Part shown: in pieces, positions 20,431-32,149 of the stretch | How positions within the stretch are numbered: position 1 is the first letter of the stretch | How the letters are laid out: each line of letters starts with the position of its first letter | From: Macrostomum lignano | Lineage: Eukaryota | DNA: 35,504 nt | NCBI GenBank assembly: GCA_002269645.1 | Contig: NIVC01003057.1 | Location: 125,564 to 161,067, forward strand | Direction of reading: 5' to 3' | Notes under the pieces: model-generated | What the model saw: only the letters and a program-made list of their open reading frames with translations | The model's database searches: none | What the model was told of the DNA's origin: nothing | Program-made: the position numbers and the translations under genes

Positions 20431-23014
20431 CATTCTCGCTCCTGTCTCCCATATGCCGCATGCCACTTGAAGCCGACTTCAGTCTCAGTTTCAACCACCA
20501 GCCCAGCAGCCGCACCTGCTCCCCCCCGCAGTTCGCACCCCACCCGCGGTGCGTGAAAATGGAAGAAAAAAATTATTGAAACTCTTCTTGGAGAAAAACT
20601 CGAATTCGCACCTTCTTTTCCTGATTGACTTTTTCTGGCTTAACGGGTCCTCCCCTTCAGACAAGAATGATGGAGCATTTTTATCGGAAATAAGTGGGTC
20701 CTTTCGCCGCCCCCCCCCCCGAGTTCCATTGTCACATTTTGCCTTTTCTTAACAATATTCACAAAATTTATGACTTTTTATGCGCGAGCAGGTTGTTGGC
20801 GTTGACTTCTTTAGAAGACTTCGGGGGGGATGGGTAATTATCTTATTTTTTCAACGCCCCATTGACACCTGTGGACGCATCTGCTCAGGCATCAGAGACG
20901 ATGACGAATGAATGAATAAAAGGATGCTGGAACGGTGAATATTGCTGGCTAATTTTATGCAACTTTGACAAACTTTGCGGATAATTTCAGTTGAAATTTT
21001 TTTCTGATCAATAATCAGGAGGGAATTGTTCGCAAACGACTTTGGGAGAATCTAAGTTTGAGACTGGTTGGCCTTTTTCGCTCTTCCCATGGGAATTTTT
21101 ATGCCGAAGCTCAAGTGGCGAGCGGGGGGAAGGGAGAATTTGAATCGTAAAAAAGTGAGGCTGATGAGGGAATATTTGATGAAGCCAGGCAGAGGCTGGG
21201 GCACAAAGACAAGTATTGAGCATAGCCGTGATCGGGGAGAAACTGACCACAAACAACAAAGACCGCAATGTATGGAAGGGCGAGTCAGTCGATCTCAGTT
21301 GATTGATGAAGGGGGCGACTCTGGGATCTCGACTCCGATCTGACTTCTACACATAGCGTGTGTCTGTCGCCAAGGCGGGTCGCGGTGGAGCTTCAGCTTG
21401 AAACTGACCCCTTAGCGACCGAATCGGGTGTGGGTGTGTGCTCAGCCGAGCATCCTTCCCACGCTGGGTCTCGGCCTTCCAGTTTATCGCCCTCCCCGCC
21501 CGCTTCGGTTGGTCAGCTGCCTGTCAAAACTCGCTGATCTGACGTACTGATGATAAATCGATGGACCGTGAAACTGAGACCGGATTGCGGATGAGGAGGA
21601 ATCTAATGGATTTTTATGTACATTGCATGCGCTGAGTCCCTATCTGACATCTGCTGGTTCTCGAGCTGGATTTAGAAAGATGCTCATCTACACATGCGGG
21701 TGGGAACTGACACTGAATGTTTTTGGATATCCGTCCGTTTCAAACATGTTGAGAGTTCCACCTGCCCGCCTCGGATAGCCGTCAAACAACTTGAAAAACC
21801 CGTGGATTATGAAAAAAGCACAATTTAAAGTTTTTTTCCAGTTTCACACTTTCCTATTTATTTCAAACAATGGTATACTAGCCTTGGACTCGGCACTTGC
21901 AGTCAGCCACATGTTCGCCCCCAGTCCCCGCACAATATCTCTCTCGTATCAGGCAGTAAATTCCATAAGGATATCAGTTCTAAGAAAGTATTGCGTAACA
22001 GCCAATAAAAAGTTTAGTATATAATAAACAATATCGGCATTCGACTGGAGTTGAAACTTCGCCTGTATCTAAGGCAGGTGGGGTCAATATTAACTGGCAA
22101 TAAATCTGTTCTTATTCGAAAAATTAGCACAGCTTTAAAATTCGAATATAGTAGCTCCGGATATGGCTGCGTGATTTTGTACAATGCACACAGATTGCAC
22201 TGAGGTGTTTATTAAAACATGAAACAATGACATTACCATAGAAGCTGAACGAATCATCGTTGCGGTTGCTAGGACTACTTGGATTTTTTCAACTGTAGCT
22301 GCAGACCGTGTCCACTATAGTCCTAATCACAGGGTCACAATGGGTGACAGTGACTGCGGGACCGCAATGTGACTATTCAATCTATTCAATCTTGATTTGC
22401 CTAATTATAGTGGGAAAGAAGATGGAAGGAAACAAGTCTTCTTACGCACTGTTTCCAGGGCCTGCAGTGTAACCTGCAGTCAAATTGTGCTCAAAGTTTT
22501 TTATTGCTATAGAAAAAATTTATACATACAAGATATCTATTGTTACACATTTTAGTTAAGTCTATATCTTTCTCTGACACAATCCATATTCGGTCTCGGA
22601 TTTCGACCGAGCAGTTAACAAATATTACGCATCCAAACGCTCTGACGTCAATCACAAACACATTCTGCACTGGTTTAAAGCGACTTTTTCAATTGTCCTT
22701 CTTATCTACATCGAGGGCCCACTTCTAAACCGCGTATTTGACGACTTTCTGTAAGAGGGACTGCGCAATACCTTTGGTAGAGATTAGTTTCTCAAAAATC
22801 GCTCTCCATTTCTCTGCCTTACTGATATTGGGTTTCTCGCAGTTGGTGCGAAAGATTAGCGCTGACTGATAAGATTTAAATGGTTCATGAAGTTCACGAT
22901 GTGGGGCGATTGTTGGCTAATTAAGGCAGAATAAGACTGCCTGTGAGATTAGATGGAGATGAGCTTTTTATTGAGACTGGAAGAATGGCGAGTGGAGAGG
23001 GAGAAAGGATACAG

Positions 23015-23460
23015 ATGGTACAGAGGGTACAGAGGGTAGAGAGGGTACAGAGGGTAGAGAGGGTACAGAGGGTAGAGAGGGTACAGAGGGTAGAGAGGGT
23101 ACAGAGGGAAAAGAGGGTAGAAAAGGCAGAGAGTGTACAGAGGGTACGGAGGGTACAGAGGGTAGAGAGGGTACAGAGGGTAGAGAGGCTACGGGTACAG
23201 AGAGGAATAGAGGATAGAAAGGGCAGAGAGTGTACAGAGGGTACGGAGGGTACAGAGGGTACGGAGGGTACAGAGGGTAGAGAGGGTACAGAAGATAGAG
23301 AGGGTACAGAGGTTAGAGAGGGTACAGAGGGTACAGAGGGTAGAGAGGGTACAGAGGAATAGAGAGGGTACAGAGGGTACAGAGAATAGAGAGGGTACAG
23401 AGGATAGAGAGGGTACAGAGGGTACAGAGGGTACAGAGGGTACAGAGGGTACAGAAGGGA
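23015..23460 (+). repeat. 9-bp minisatellite GGGTA(C/G)AGA
   Basis: Direct reading. Confidence 0.92.
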
Positions 23461-23604
23461 GATATGAGTGATAGGAGAAGCAAACTGAAAATTCGTTTCT
23501 AATTTTTGATTTTCGTAAAAACTGAATAACTGGAATCAATGCAAGGTTATTGATTTAATTGGCCTTGAACAGCGCAGTTATTCACATTTTGTTGTCTCTG
23601 AATT

Positions 23605-23610
23605 TTTATT
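23605..23610 (-). terminator. Candidate PLK4 polyadenylation signal AATAAA
   Basis: TTTATT on the plus strand, about 280 nt after the inferred stop. Confidence 0.35.
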
Positions 23611-23887
23611 AAGAGGCTAGGAAAAATTGGAAAATTGAAGTTACAAATTTGAATAGTTGAATGCTTATATTGCATTTTTGTACATAATTATGAGCGGACA
23701 AGCTAGTTAATTAGACTAATAAAATTGACAGAGCACAGAGTTGATTTATCTATAAATAAAACGGAGAATGCAATTTATGTACAATCAGTGCAATATGCTC
23801 TGTGGCGCGGGTATGTATTGTACATACAAAGGAATGTGGAAGAAGAGAGTAACTAAGCGCTATGTTGAACTGCATTCTACTCATTGC

Positions 23888-24306
23888 TCATGCTCGGGAC
23901 TTGCCCAGCAGCAGGAGGCCCAGACGGCGCTGGATGTCGGCGGGCAGCGGCGTGTCGGCCAAGGGCGTCGCTGGCTGGACTCGAGCCGCTGTCTATGGCC
24001 GAAAGGGTCAGTGTAGTCGAGAGAGCGCAGCTGCTCGGAGCCGTCCTGTCGGATCTCCAGGAGGCTGCCGTCGCTGAACAGGACCCTGGTGTCGTTGTCG
24101 CTCAGCTGCTGCACATCCGCCACCTGCAGCAGCGGCTGAGTCGGAATTGGAACCGGTGTCGGAGTCGGGGTAGACTTCGATGATGAGGTCGCGGGTTCGA
24201 GCCCCGAATCGGCTGGCGCTCGACCGATAGTGGCGGGGAAGCAGCAGCGGCCCGGCGAGGACAGGGCGGCCAGCGCGGATTCGACTCGTTTCACCTGGTC
24301 GAAGGT
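23888..24306 (-). CDS. PLK4: PLK4 exon 8: end of cryptic polo box, short linker and Polo box 3 (apparent -1 frameshift near 23950-23985)
   Basis: TTCCAG|ACC acceptor. TFDQVKRVESAL..CFPATIGRAP matches the FPIIIGRKP motif. QQLSDNDTRVLFSDGSLL..LDYTDPFG is PB3. The terminal helix PLPADIQRRL..stop lies in a shifted frame. Confidence 0.82.
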
Positions 24307-25153
24307 CTGGAATTAGCAAACGGGTATTAGAAATAATTAGCTCCGGATTTTGGGAAGTTCTTCCCACCCCTAGCGACCAAACCGATTCCCTCATTAGCCA
24401 CCGGAGGGTGAATGACTTGAGCTTGCTTCGGCGAGCAAATTTTGCTCTCTAATCTCAAGAGGATTCTCCATTCGGCTCTCTCTTGTCTCGCCTAAATCCC
24501 ATGCGAAATATGCCTTGACTATATTGCCCGGTCAGATATGGCACGCAGAGGAGGGGAGCTCGCCTTAATGAGACACGCGGCCGCCTCTTCCGCCCGGGAA
24601 TATTGATTAGATGAGGCGGGAATTATTTAGGAGCTGGAGAGAGGGATAAAATTTTGTGGCGCGGCTCGGAATCTATATTGGACCAACAATGGCCACCCGC
24701 ACGGCAACTAATTAAGGCGCTCAGAGCTCTGGGTGTGTCCGGCGCGGGTCAGCCAGCTAGCAACAGAGCTGCCCCCTCCCCCGCCCACCTGAGGGACGGC
24801 CGTGAGCAGTCTCTCAACATCCTCTCTGTGTGAGTGTGGGAGAGCGATTGAGTAAGCGGTTTCACAACACACACAGAGTGAGGGGTGACCTATGGCTACC
24901 AGTCGATCCACCCACCAGCTGTGACGGCCTCACAAAGCTCTCTCCCATCCAGCCTCCAATCTATTCATCCATTATTAGCCCCATCAGTCCAGGGGTTTAA
25001 TTAGCATTGCCGAAATTCAAAGCTATAATATACACACACAGTAACTCGGGGTAGGGCGATTTCGGCAATCAATTTTGGCAAAATCGGGCAAGCGGATGAA
25101 GGCAAAACACTGGACGGGGGGCAGGGATTGTGCTTGATGGGCCGCTGGCTCAC

Positions 25154-26184
25154 CTCATTAACATAATGCAGAATCTCCGCTTCATCTGGCGACAAGCTGC
25201 GCAGCTCGACGGCTTGCCGTCGACTGTCATTCGAAGTCCGCCATTGCGTCGACCTGCCCGACGGCCGTTGTAGAAGTACACGGCAAAGTCGGGCTCCGGG
25301 TCGCTGTTCTCGAACAGCACGCACCTGGCTCGGTCCGTGTGCAGCACAACCTTGGCGGTGTTGCTGCGCAGGATGCTGATGAAGGAGTCTGCGAGTTGGT
25401 AGAGTCGGGCAGCTCGGTCTGGCAGATCCGGGAAGATGAACTTCTCAGCTGATGACCAGTCCAGGCTGTCTTGCTGCTGCTGTTCGCTGATCAGAGCAAC
25501 GTGTCGGCCATCTGGTTCGATTCTCAGCACCCTTCTTGGTGGCGTGGACTTCCTTCCACCGACTTTGAACTGTTCGACTGTGAGGTCACCATCGGCAGTC
25601 AGGCTGAACACGGTCGGGCCCTTGACAACCCGACACGGCTCCAGGCGGGCGGTGCTCAGCGGGTTCTGCGGCAGTCGACGTCCGCGCTGAGAGCCCAGCG
25701 AGGAGGTCGGGTTGGATGAGGCGCAGGACTGCGGACCGTCTGACACGGTGTCGAGAGGCTGCTGATGCTGCTGATGCTGTTGAAGCCTTGGAGCCGCCAC
25801 AGGAGCCGCCTGCGGACCCAGCGGGCTGCCCTCGGACTGGACGGCGCTTGAGTAGCCTTCGCTGTGCCTGGAGTGCCCGGTCAGAACTCCTCCTGTGGCG
25901 GCGGTGGCGGCGTTGCTGGCGGCTCCTCCGGCCTGCCGACCGTCTGAGTGGCACCGCCGCAGGCTGGCGGCCGTCTGCAGATGCGGCGTTGAAGCTGCTG
26001 CTGGCGCCGGTCGATGCTGGCGCTGCTCAACTTGATGAAGCTGAGGCCGGGACAGCGACACGGAGGCCGGAGTTGATGGCGTGGCGACCGATGAGGCGGC
26101 GGCAGGGATGGGGGTGGAGGCGGCCAGACAGTGCGAGCCGCTCTGAACCGAATCGTTGCCCGAATCGTTGCTGGCGCTTCTCTC
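25154..26184 (-). CDS. PLK4: PLK4 exon 7: degron, linker and cryptic polo box PB1-PB2 (apparent -1 frameshift near 25211)
   Basis: TTCTAG|GAG acceptor, GAG|GTGAGC donor. SNDSGNDS degron; NPLSTARLEP, LPDRAARLYQLADSFISILRSNTAKV and CVLFENSDPEPDFAVYFYNG match the PLK4 CPB. Length 1031 nt is one short of a codon multiple. Confidence 0.88.
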
Positions 26185-27254
26185 CTAGAAGATTCGCAGA
26201 ATTGGAACAATTAATAGTTATTGTTGAAGACCGAATGGAGAATGGAAAAATATGATTTTTTTCTCTCTGTGGAACAATTGTCGTTACTCCATTAAATTCT
26301 AATAATAATAACCGCCCCGTTTTGGTTGACGAAGTTCGAAAAATGGACCGGGGGACTGTGATGAGTCCGCTTTTGTTTTGTCCGAACCGAAGCTCAACAA
26401 GTGCCTTGGCAACCAGATTTTTAGAGAGAGAGATAGGGGCTACTGATGGGCACTTGATAGGATTGAACCTCTACACACTTTCATTTCTCACCTGCACTCA
26501 AAACTTTTCCAACGCTCGAGTATCGAGTGCTCAAAAATAGGCGAGAGTGATGCATGGGATACAATCGATCCGCTATTCCCCACCCTCTGCAGTCCATCTG
26601 GTTTCTATAGGGTATGCAACAGCGGCTCTCAAGAGCTGTGAATGGCAGAGTAACAGCATATATAGCATCGGGGTCTATAGATTCTCAAAATATTAAAATA
26701 TAGGAGTTTAATTTTCTTCCCCGCGAATCCTCTCCTCTGCAAGCAACAGCGCTTGTTGCGTCCATTTTGCTTTCATCGCAATCCCTGGTTGCTAGGATGA
26801 CCAGTTGGCCAGTCCCTCTGCTCGCTCGGTCAAGGGAAGCTGAGCTGAGGCATTTCGGCTTTTTAGAATGGCTTTTGAAGGATAATAAATATTTACAATC
26901 GAGGAGGGGGGATCTGGAAGCCGGTGAGAGGAGACGGCGAGCAATCTCTCCCACAGCTCAAAGTCTTACGCAATAAGTTGGTCACTTTTTGTTATACGGC
27001 GTCATCCCCGAGACGGGAGGGCGGACAGACGGGGCTATCGCAACAGCTTAGGAATTCCCATCCATCTCATGCCATGGATACTGGGATCAGGGGGTGTAGG
27101 GGCGTCGTTATCGAAGATAAGACGAAATCCTTCATGTGTTTGGGGGGCGGCTGGCCTCTGTGTGTGATAGAGATTTTGTCTACAGTAGCCACCCACCTGT
27201 CGGCAGATATCGACAAATTCCCTGACAGTGTGACATGATGGCTTCTACCATGGG

Positions 27255-27560
27255 ATCTGTGATGAGTGCCATTTTTGGGATCTGTGATGATGAGTGTCAT
27301 TTTTGGGATCTGTGATGATGAGTGCCATTTTTGGGATCTGTGATAAGTGCCATTTTTGGGATCTGTGATAAGTGCCATTTTTGGGAGCTGTGATAAGTGC
27401 CATTTTTGGGAGCTGTGATAAGTGCCATTTTCGGGATCCGTGATGAGTGCCATTTTTGGGATCGGTGATAAGTGCCATTTTTGGGATCCGTGATGAGTGC
27501 CATTTTTGGGATCTGTGATAAGTGCCATTTTTGGGATCCGTGATGAGTGCCATTTTTGGT
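27255..27560 (+). repeat. 25-bp intronic minisatellite GTGCCATTTTTGGGATCTGTGATAA
   Basis: Direct reading; PLK4 intron 6. Confidence 0.93.
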
Positions 27561-27586
27561 TTTTTGACCTGGCAAAGAGCACTCAC

Positions 27587-27857
27587 ATGCGCCTTGTCCC
27601 GCATAAACGGGTGCTGAAGAACTTGAGCCAGAGTCAGTCGCTCTTTCGGTCTCTCCCGCAGCAGTTTAGCAATCAGGTCGATGGCCTCGGGGTGCAGGCT
27701 GCCCGGGATATCGTACTTCAGCCGTCTGGCGTTGTCTATGGTCGACTTCGGGTCCTTGGTGTCAAACGGCGCCTTGCCAACCAGCATGGTGTACAACATC
27801 ACGCCCAACGACCAGACGTCCACTTCTGGACCTTGCACTCCTTGACTGCTGACCTCC
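27587..27857 (-). CDS. PLK4: PLK4 exon 6: kinase subdomains VIII-XI
   Basis: CTGCAG|G acceptor (phase 2), CAT|GTGAGT donor. PE..DVWSLGVMLYTMLVGKAPFDT...LLRERPKERLTLAQVLQHPFM. Confidence 0.95.
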
Positions 27858-28613
27858 CTGCAGTGGCATGCAAGGTTCAATGTTTGATTGTTTGAAAATA
27901 TGATATCATAAAAATCAAATTGCGCATAGTAAAATTGAAACAATATATAGACTGTTTTTATTGCTCAAATTTCAACAACTGCTCATGTTCACTCATGCAG
28001 CGCGATCTGTCTGGCTGATGTTGGCTGATCTGGATTTTAAGCCAAAGTGTCTACAGAACTGAACTCTGACTTTTCCCCACACTTTGGAAGCGCCAGAGCG
28101 TGCCACCTAAGCTGCGGAACCACAGCAAGATTTCCTCCTTGTCCAGCTGGAGGTGCTGGGGTCTGAAGATTTCGCAACGCCAACGCATCCTGAAGCCGGC
28201 GCTCAAGCCTCGGGGCAAATTTATGGAGAGACATTGAGTAAAAGCAGATTTGTTCTTGAATCTTATTTTGAATCAATTTGTTGGTTTGCCGTCTCGACTG
28301 ACTTGAGCTGACAGCCTTTGCACCTAAACTCATTGGCGGAACCTGACAATCTCTGGCAAGACTGTTAGTCGCAATTCCCGAGGTTCTTCTGCCCGAATTC
28401 ATTGCTAACGAAAAAATCCCAATCAAGCATTGACCCAATCAGGTAGAAAACTGATCAATTAGAAATTCCAGTTGCTCAACGGGATGGTTTTAGAGAGATA
28501 GCGATGGCAAAAATAGTCAGGTTGAACAGATCAATTAGCATAAAATTAGCATTTTTACAACTATGTGTTGTCGGTGTTTTAATTAACAATGTAACGTCGG
28601 CTTGAGAACTCAC

Positions 28614-28699
28614 GGTGAGATGTAGTTTGGAGTGCCGCACATGGTCTTGTTGGTCCGGTCCTCCGACAGTTCAGCGGCTAACCCGAAGTCCGAGATCTT
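28614..28699 (-). CDS. PLK4: PLK4 exon 5: DFG and activation loop
   Basis: CCTGCAG|AAG acceptor, CC|GTGAGT donor. KISDFGLAAELSEDRTNKTMCGTPNYIS. Confidence 0.96.
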
Positions 28700-28744
28700 C
28701 TGCAGGAAAAAAGACAGAAAGAAAAAAATTGTCACTTCCTCTGA

Positions 28745-29075
28745 ACGTTTTGGAAGCGCTGTTTAAGGAGTGCCGTTTTGGGGGCGCCGTTTAGGGAGCG
28801 CCGTTTTGGGGGCGCCGTTTAGGGAATGCCGTTTTGGGGGCACCGTTTAGGGAGCGCCGTTTTGGGAGCGCCGTTTTGGGGGCGCCGTTTAGGGAGTGCC
28901 GTTTTGGCGGCGCCGTTTTGGGGGCGCCGTTTGGGGGCGCCGTTTAGGGAGTGCCGTTTTGGGGGCGCCGTTTAGGGAGTGCCGTTTTGGGGGCGCCGTT
29001 TTGGGGGCACCGTTTTGGGGGCGCCGTTTAGGGAGCGCCGTTTTGAGGGCGTCGTTCTGGGAGCGCCGTTTTTCT
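28745..29075 (+). repeat. About 15-bp intronic minisatellite GGCGCCGTTT(T/A)GGG(G/A)
   Basis: Direct reading; PLK4 intron 4. Confidence 0.92.
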
Positions 29076-29140
29076 GGGGTCGCTAATTACAACACTCTTT
29101 CCTACACACCAAACACCAATTCATACCCAATGCAACTCAC

Positions 29141-29253
29141 CACTTTGCAGTCTTCAGTGAGCAGCAGGTTTGCCAGGGTGAGATCCCTGTGAATGATTCC
29201 GCTCCGATGCAAATAGCACAGGCCAGCAACGATCTGCTTAAGAAAGTAGCGAA
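29141..29253 (-). CDS. PLK4: PLK4 exon 4: catalytic loop
   Basis: TTGTAG|TT acceptor, GTG|GTGAGT donor. RYFLKQIVAGLCYLHRSGIIHRDLTLANLLL; HRDLTL is PLK4-type (PLK1-3 have HRDLKL). Confidence 0.96.
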
Positions 29254-29353
29254 CTACAAAAGAATGGTTTTGGGGTGATGTTTTTTTTAATTATTGATTG
29301 ATAGATTCCTTGATTTACGCTTCTAAACTGTTGGGACTATCGCTCGGACTAAC

Positions 29354-29465
29354 CTTTGTCTTCGCTAAGACAGCCATTGCGTCGTACATAGTCGTGCAGA
29401 TTTCCGCCCTGGCACAGTTCCAGCACAATGTAGACATTGGCGGTGTCCTCAAAGTATGAGTAGAG
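29354..29465 (-). CDS. PLK4: PLK4 exon 3: hinge region
   Basis: CTGCAG|CTC acceptor, G|GTTAGT donor. [37 protein letters not shown]. Confidence 0.95.
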
Positions 29466-30252
29466 CTGCAGTGTGTGGCGCATGTGTGTGGGGTGGAGTT
29501 TTTAGTTACCGGCGATAGAACATGTGATGGAGTATACGGGATAGCAAAACTGTCACCACAGACTCTTTAAAAACCGCTTGACCACCCACTGGCTGATTAA
29601 AGAAGCGCCATTGCGCTCCACTTGAAGAGCATTCCAAGCAAAAGCCAACATCAACGCGCTATCTGTCTTCACTGACCAGCTGCCGAGAGTAATCGAGGTG
29701 TCACTGAACTGTTGATTAATTTAATTATTTAAAGAATTTGCTCAACACCCCTACCCCCCATACTATTCAGTCTACCTGAGTCTACCACTTGAAAATCTCT
29801 TTTTAACGAATCGGTAGGGTAAAGACACACCTGCATAGGCCATGGGTACCAAGGGACTGCATGTGAGGCGGGAATGCTGCATGCATTTTTCTGTTAGAAG
29901 CTTTTGCTTACTCTAGGTCACTCAGTGTGTACACAATCCTTCGTCTCAACTCTCGTGCCATTTTCTCTCTTTCCTTCTCTTCAACGTTTCACTGCACTCT
30001 GCTGCGCATGGGATGTACACTTGCTGTACAGTGTGCCTCTCTCTGTCTACTCACCTGCAAGCAGGCTGGCTCTCTCTCTGCCTCACCCGTCCACCTCATC
30101 TCCTGCTACTGCAGGAAAGACTGCCTGTCTGTCTGACTAAGCAAGAGCGCACTGAGTTATCTTTCCTGCCTATGCTATAGTTCTATTGAAATCTAGCACA
30201 AAGCACCGAGTTCCAGCAGTGTTAGATTAGTTTGAGTTCAAATTTTGCTCAC

Positions 30253-30349
30253 CTGCAGCACAAACTGATGCCTCAGCCGTTGGTGAATGCTGATCTCGCT
30301 GATCACGCGCGCTCGTCATATTGCGTTGGTGGACCTTCCGTTTGTCCAA
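30253..30349 (-). CDS. PLK4: PLK4 exon 2: alphaC helix (apparent +1 frameshift near 30310-30314)
   Basis: GTACAG|TTG acceptor, CAG|GTGAGC donor, 97 nt. LDKRKVHQRNMTS is in one frame and RVISEISIHQRLRHQFVLQ in the next; 32 aa after removing one base. Confidence 0.88.
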
Positions 30350-31099
30350 CTGTACAATGCGGGGGTGTTGTGAATGGGAGACGTGGCATTGTAGGTTATT
30401 GCGAGACAAAATTGGAAATCCAATTCAACTTTTGTTGAATCTAAATGTTGACTTTTTAATAATCGCTTAGTGGTCAGCGTTCTCACGTCTGTTTTGTCAC
30501 TCGTAACTTTCATATTGTCAATGCTATAGAGTCGCACCATGTACACTAATATATGTTTATTCTATACCTAACTCTTTCAACTTTCAAATTATAGGCATGA
30601 AAATTTTCAATAGATATAATTTGTTAGTTTATGCATGTCACGCTTTGTTGTCTCAGTGTCAAACCTTGATCGACGGTCTCTAAAAGTTTAAAATTCCAGT
30701 CAAATTTTCAATTGTTTGCTCAACTTAAAACAAATTTCTATTTTAGGATTCGATTTTTGGAATTTGGCGAATCCCGTATATAGATTTATGAAGCTTTCTG
30801 TGGTCAGTCAGTGAGTCTGTCACTGCGCCCATCCTTGCGGGTGCCAGGTGATTAGATGATTCGGGAGATTACAGTGTGGGTTAGGGATATACCGCAGAAT
30901 CGGCCTTCCAGCCTGCACCAATACTGCAGAGTCTCCGCGATGGTCAAGGCTGTGACAGGATCTCTGGGTGGTTACCATCTTGATAAGAGTAGGACAGGGA
31001 GGTTGGGGATGCAGGGGCGGGGTCCGGTTGTTTCCCTGCACTACCATATAGGAGTTGATTGGGCTCCGCCTACATGATATTTCCAGTGTGTAATCCTGC

Positions 31100-31390
31100 C
31101 TCACTAATCTCTCTGACCAATCTAACTCTCCGTCTGACCAATGTGATTCTCTTCCCGTTACTAGTCTGACTCTCTCTGATTGACCAGTCTGACTCTCTCC
31201 GTCTGACCAGTCTGACTCTCCGTCTGACCATTCTGACTCTCCGTCTGACCAATATGACTCTCTCTGTCTGACCATTCTGACTCTCCGTCTGACCAATATG
31301 ACTCTCTCTCAGTCTGACCAGTCTGACCAATATGACTCTCTCTGTCTGACCAGTCTGACTCTCAGTCTGACCAGTCTGACTCTCTCCATA
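31100..31390 (+). repeat. Degenerate about 21-bp intronic minisatellite TCTGACTCTCCGTCTGACCAG
   Basis: Direct reading; PLK4 intron 1. Confidence 0.88.
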
Positions 31391-31420
31391 TGAAAAAGTA
31401 TAAACTAAAAAAGTTCTCAC

Positions 31421-31576
31421 CACTTTGATCGCCACAGGTTTGCCAGTCCGCTTGCAGGTGGCCTGGTAGACTCTACCGAAACCGCCATCGCCAAGGTGAC
31501 TACCGAATTCGTAGTCCTCGGCAGCCAGTCCGAGCTGGTCGCAGTTGAACTCAGACTTTTCTCCACAGTCGGACAT
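31421..31576 (-). CDS. PLK4: PLK4 exon 1: start, Gly-rich loop and VAIK lysine
   Basis: ATG at 31576. MSDCGEK resembles the vertebrate PLK4 N-terminus MATCIGEK. LGDGGFGRVY...PVAIKV, then GTG|GTGAGA donor. Confidence 0.93.
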
Positions 31577-31902
31577 TTCAACTCTGACGTATGATTGGAT
31601 CGGGCGGGGTCAAAATAAAAGAAGGGGAATTATGAGAATTAATAAATGTAAATTGCTTGCTAAACGATGCACTGATGCATTTGCTTTTGCAGTTTCTCTT
31701 CTGCTTCTTTCGTCGCTCGAGAGGGGGTGTTGGGTATTAGATAGATGAGGGACTTAAGCCAGAAGAGTCGTTTGGCCCTGGCTTTGAAGGGTTCGGGGTG
31801 GAGGTGGGGTGGTGCGGTGAGCCCTCCCAGATCTCAAACAACCCCGCCTCGCCTTGTAATTGGGCTAACGGCTCAACCAATGACAGTCGAGCCCGCTCTC
31901 AC

Positions 31903-31912
31903 CTGTACTCAT
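31903..31912 (-). other. Possible 3' end of an upstream PLK4 exon (ATGAGTACAG|GTGAGA)
   Basis: Consensus donor at 31902, and a pyrimidine tract plus CAGAG acceptor 5-7 nt before the ATG. The distal AG would add MSTVE in frame. Confidence 0.4.
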
Positions 31913-32149
31913 GACCCGCGGTTGCCTTCTCTCTTCTCTCTTCTCTCCTCTCTCCTCTTTTGCCTGCAGCCCGCCTGCTGGTTGCCAGGGGATACGTGAG
32001 AAACACGCCCGCTAGCAGGCAAGCAGTAGAAGGATTTTGAGTACAGTGCTGTACTGAATAGGAATGTGCATTCTGTTGGGCAGTGCACTCTCGTACAGTA
32101 CGTGTGAGCCGAGCAGAGTTAACCAGTGCGGGATTTACATTCAGATTGT

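Noticed and set aside
21900-22900. Degenerate non-LTR retrotransposon 3' end on the minus strand (LIFRIRTDLLPV-like peptide)
   Set aside because: One short resemblance, many stops, no reverse-transcriptase or zinc-knuckle motif recovered by eye. A translated HMM search would be needed.
25436-26255. Plus-strand and alternative-frame ORFs overlapping PLK4 exon 7
   Set aside because: GC-rich shadow ORFs of the real coding exon.
27196-27221. 25-nt micro-exon in PLK4 intron 6
   Set aside because: It would break the frame; exons 6 and 7 already join in phase 0 with PLK4-like spacing to the degron.
30305-30316. Programmed ribosomal frameshift in PLK4 exon 2
   Set aside because: No slippery heptamer or stimulatory structure; several other indels in the window point to sequence error.
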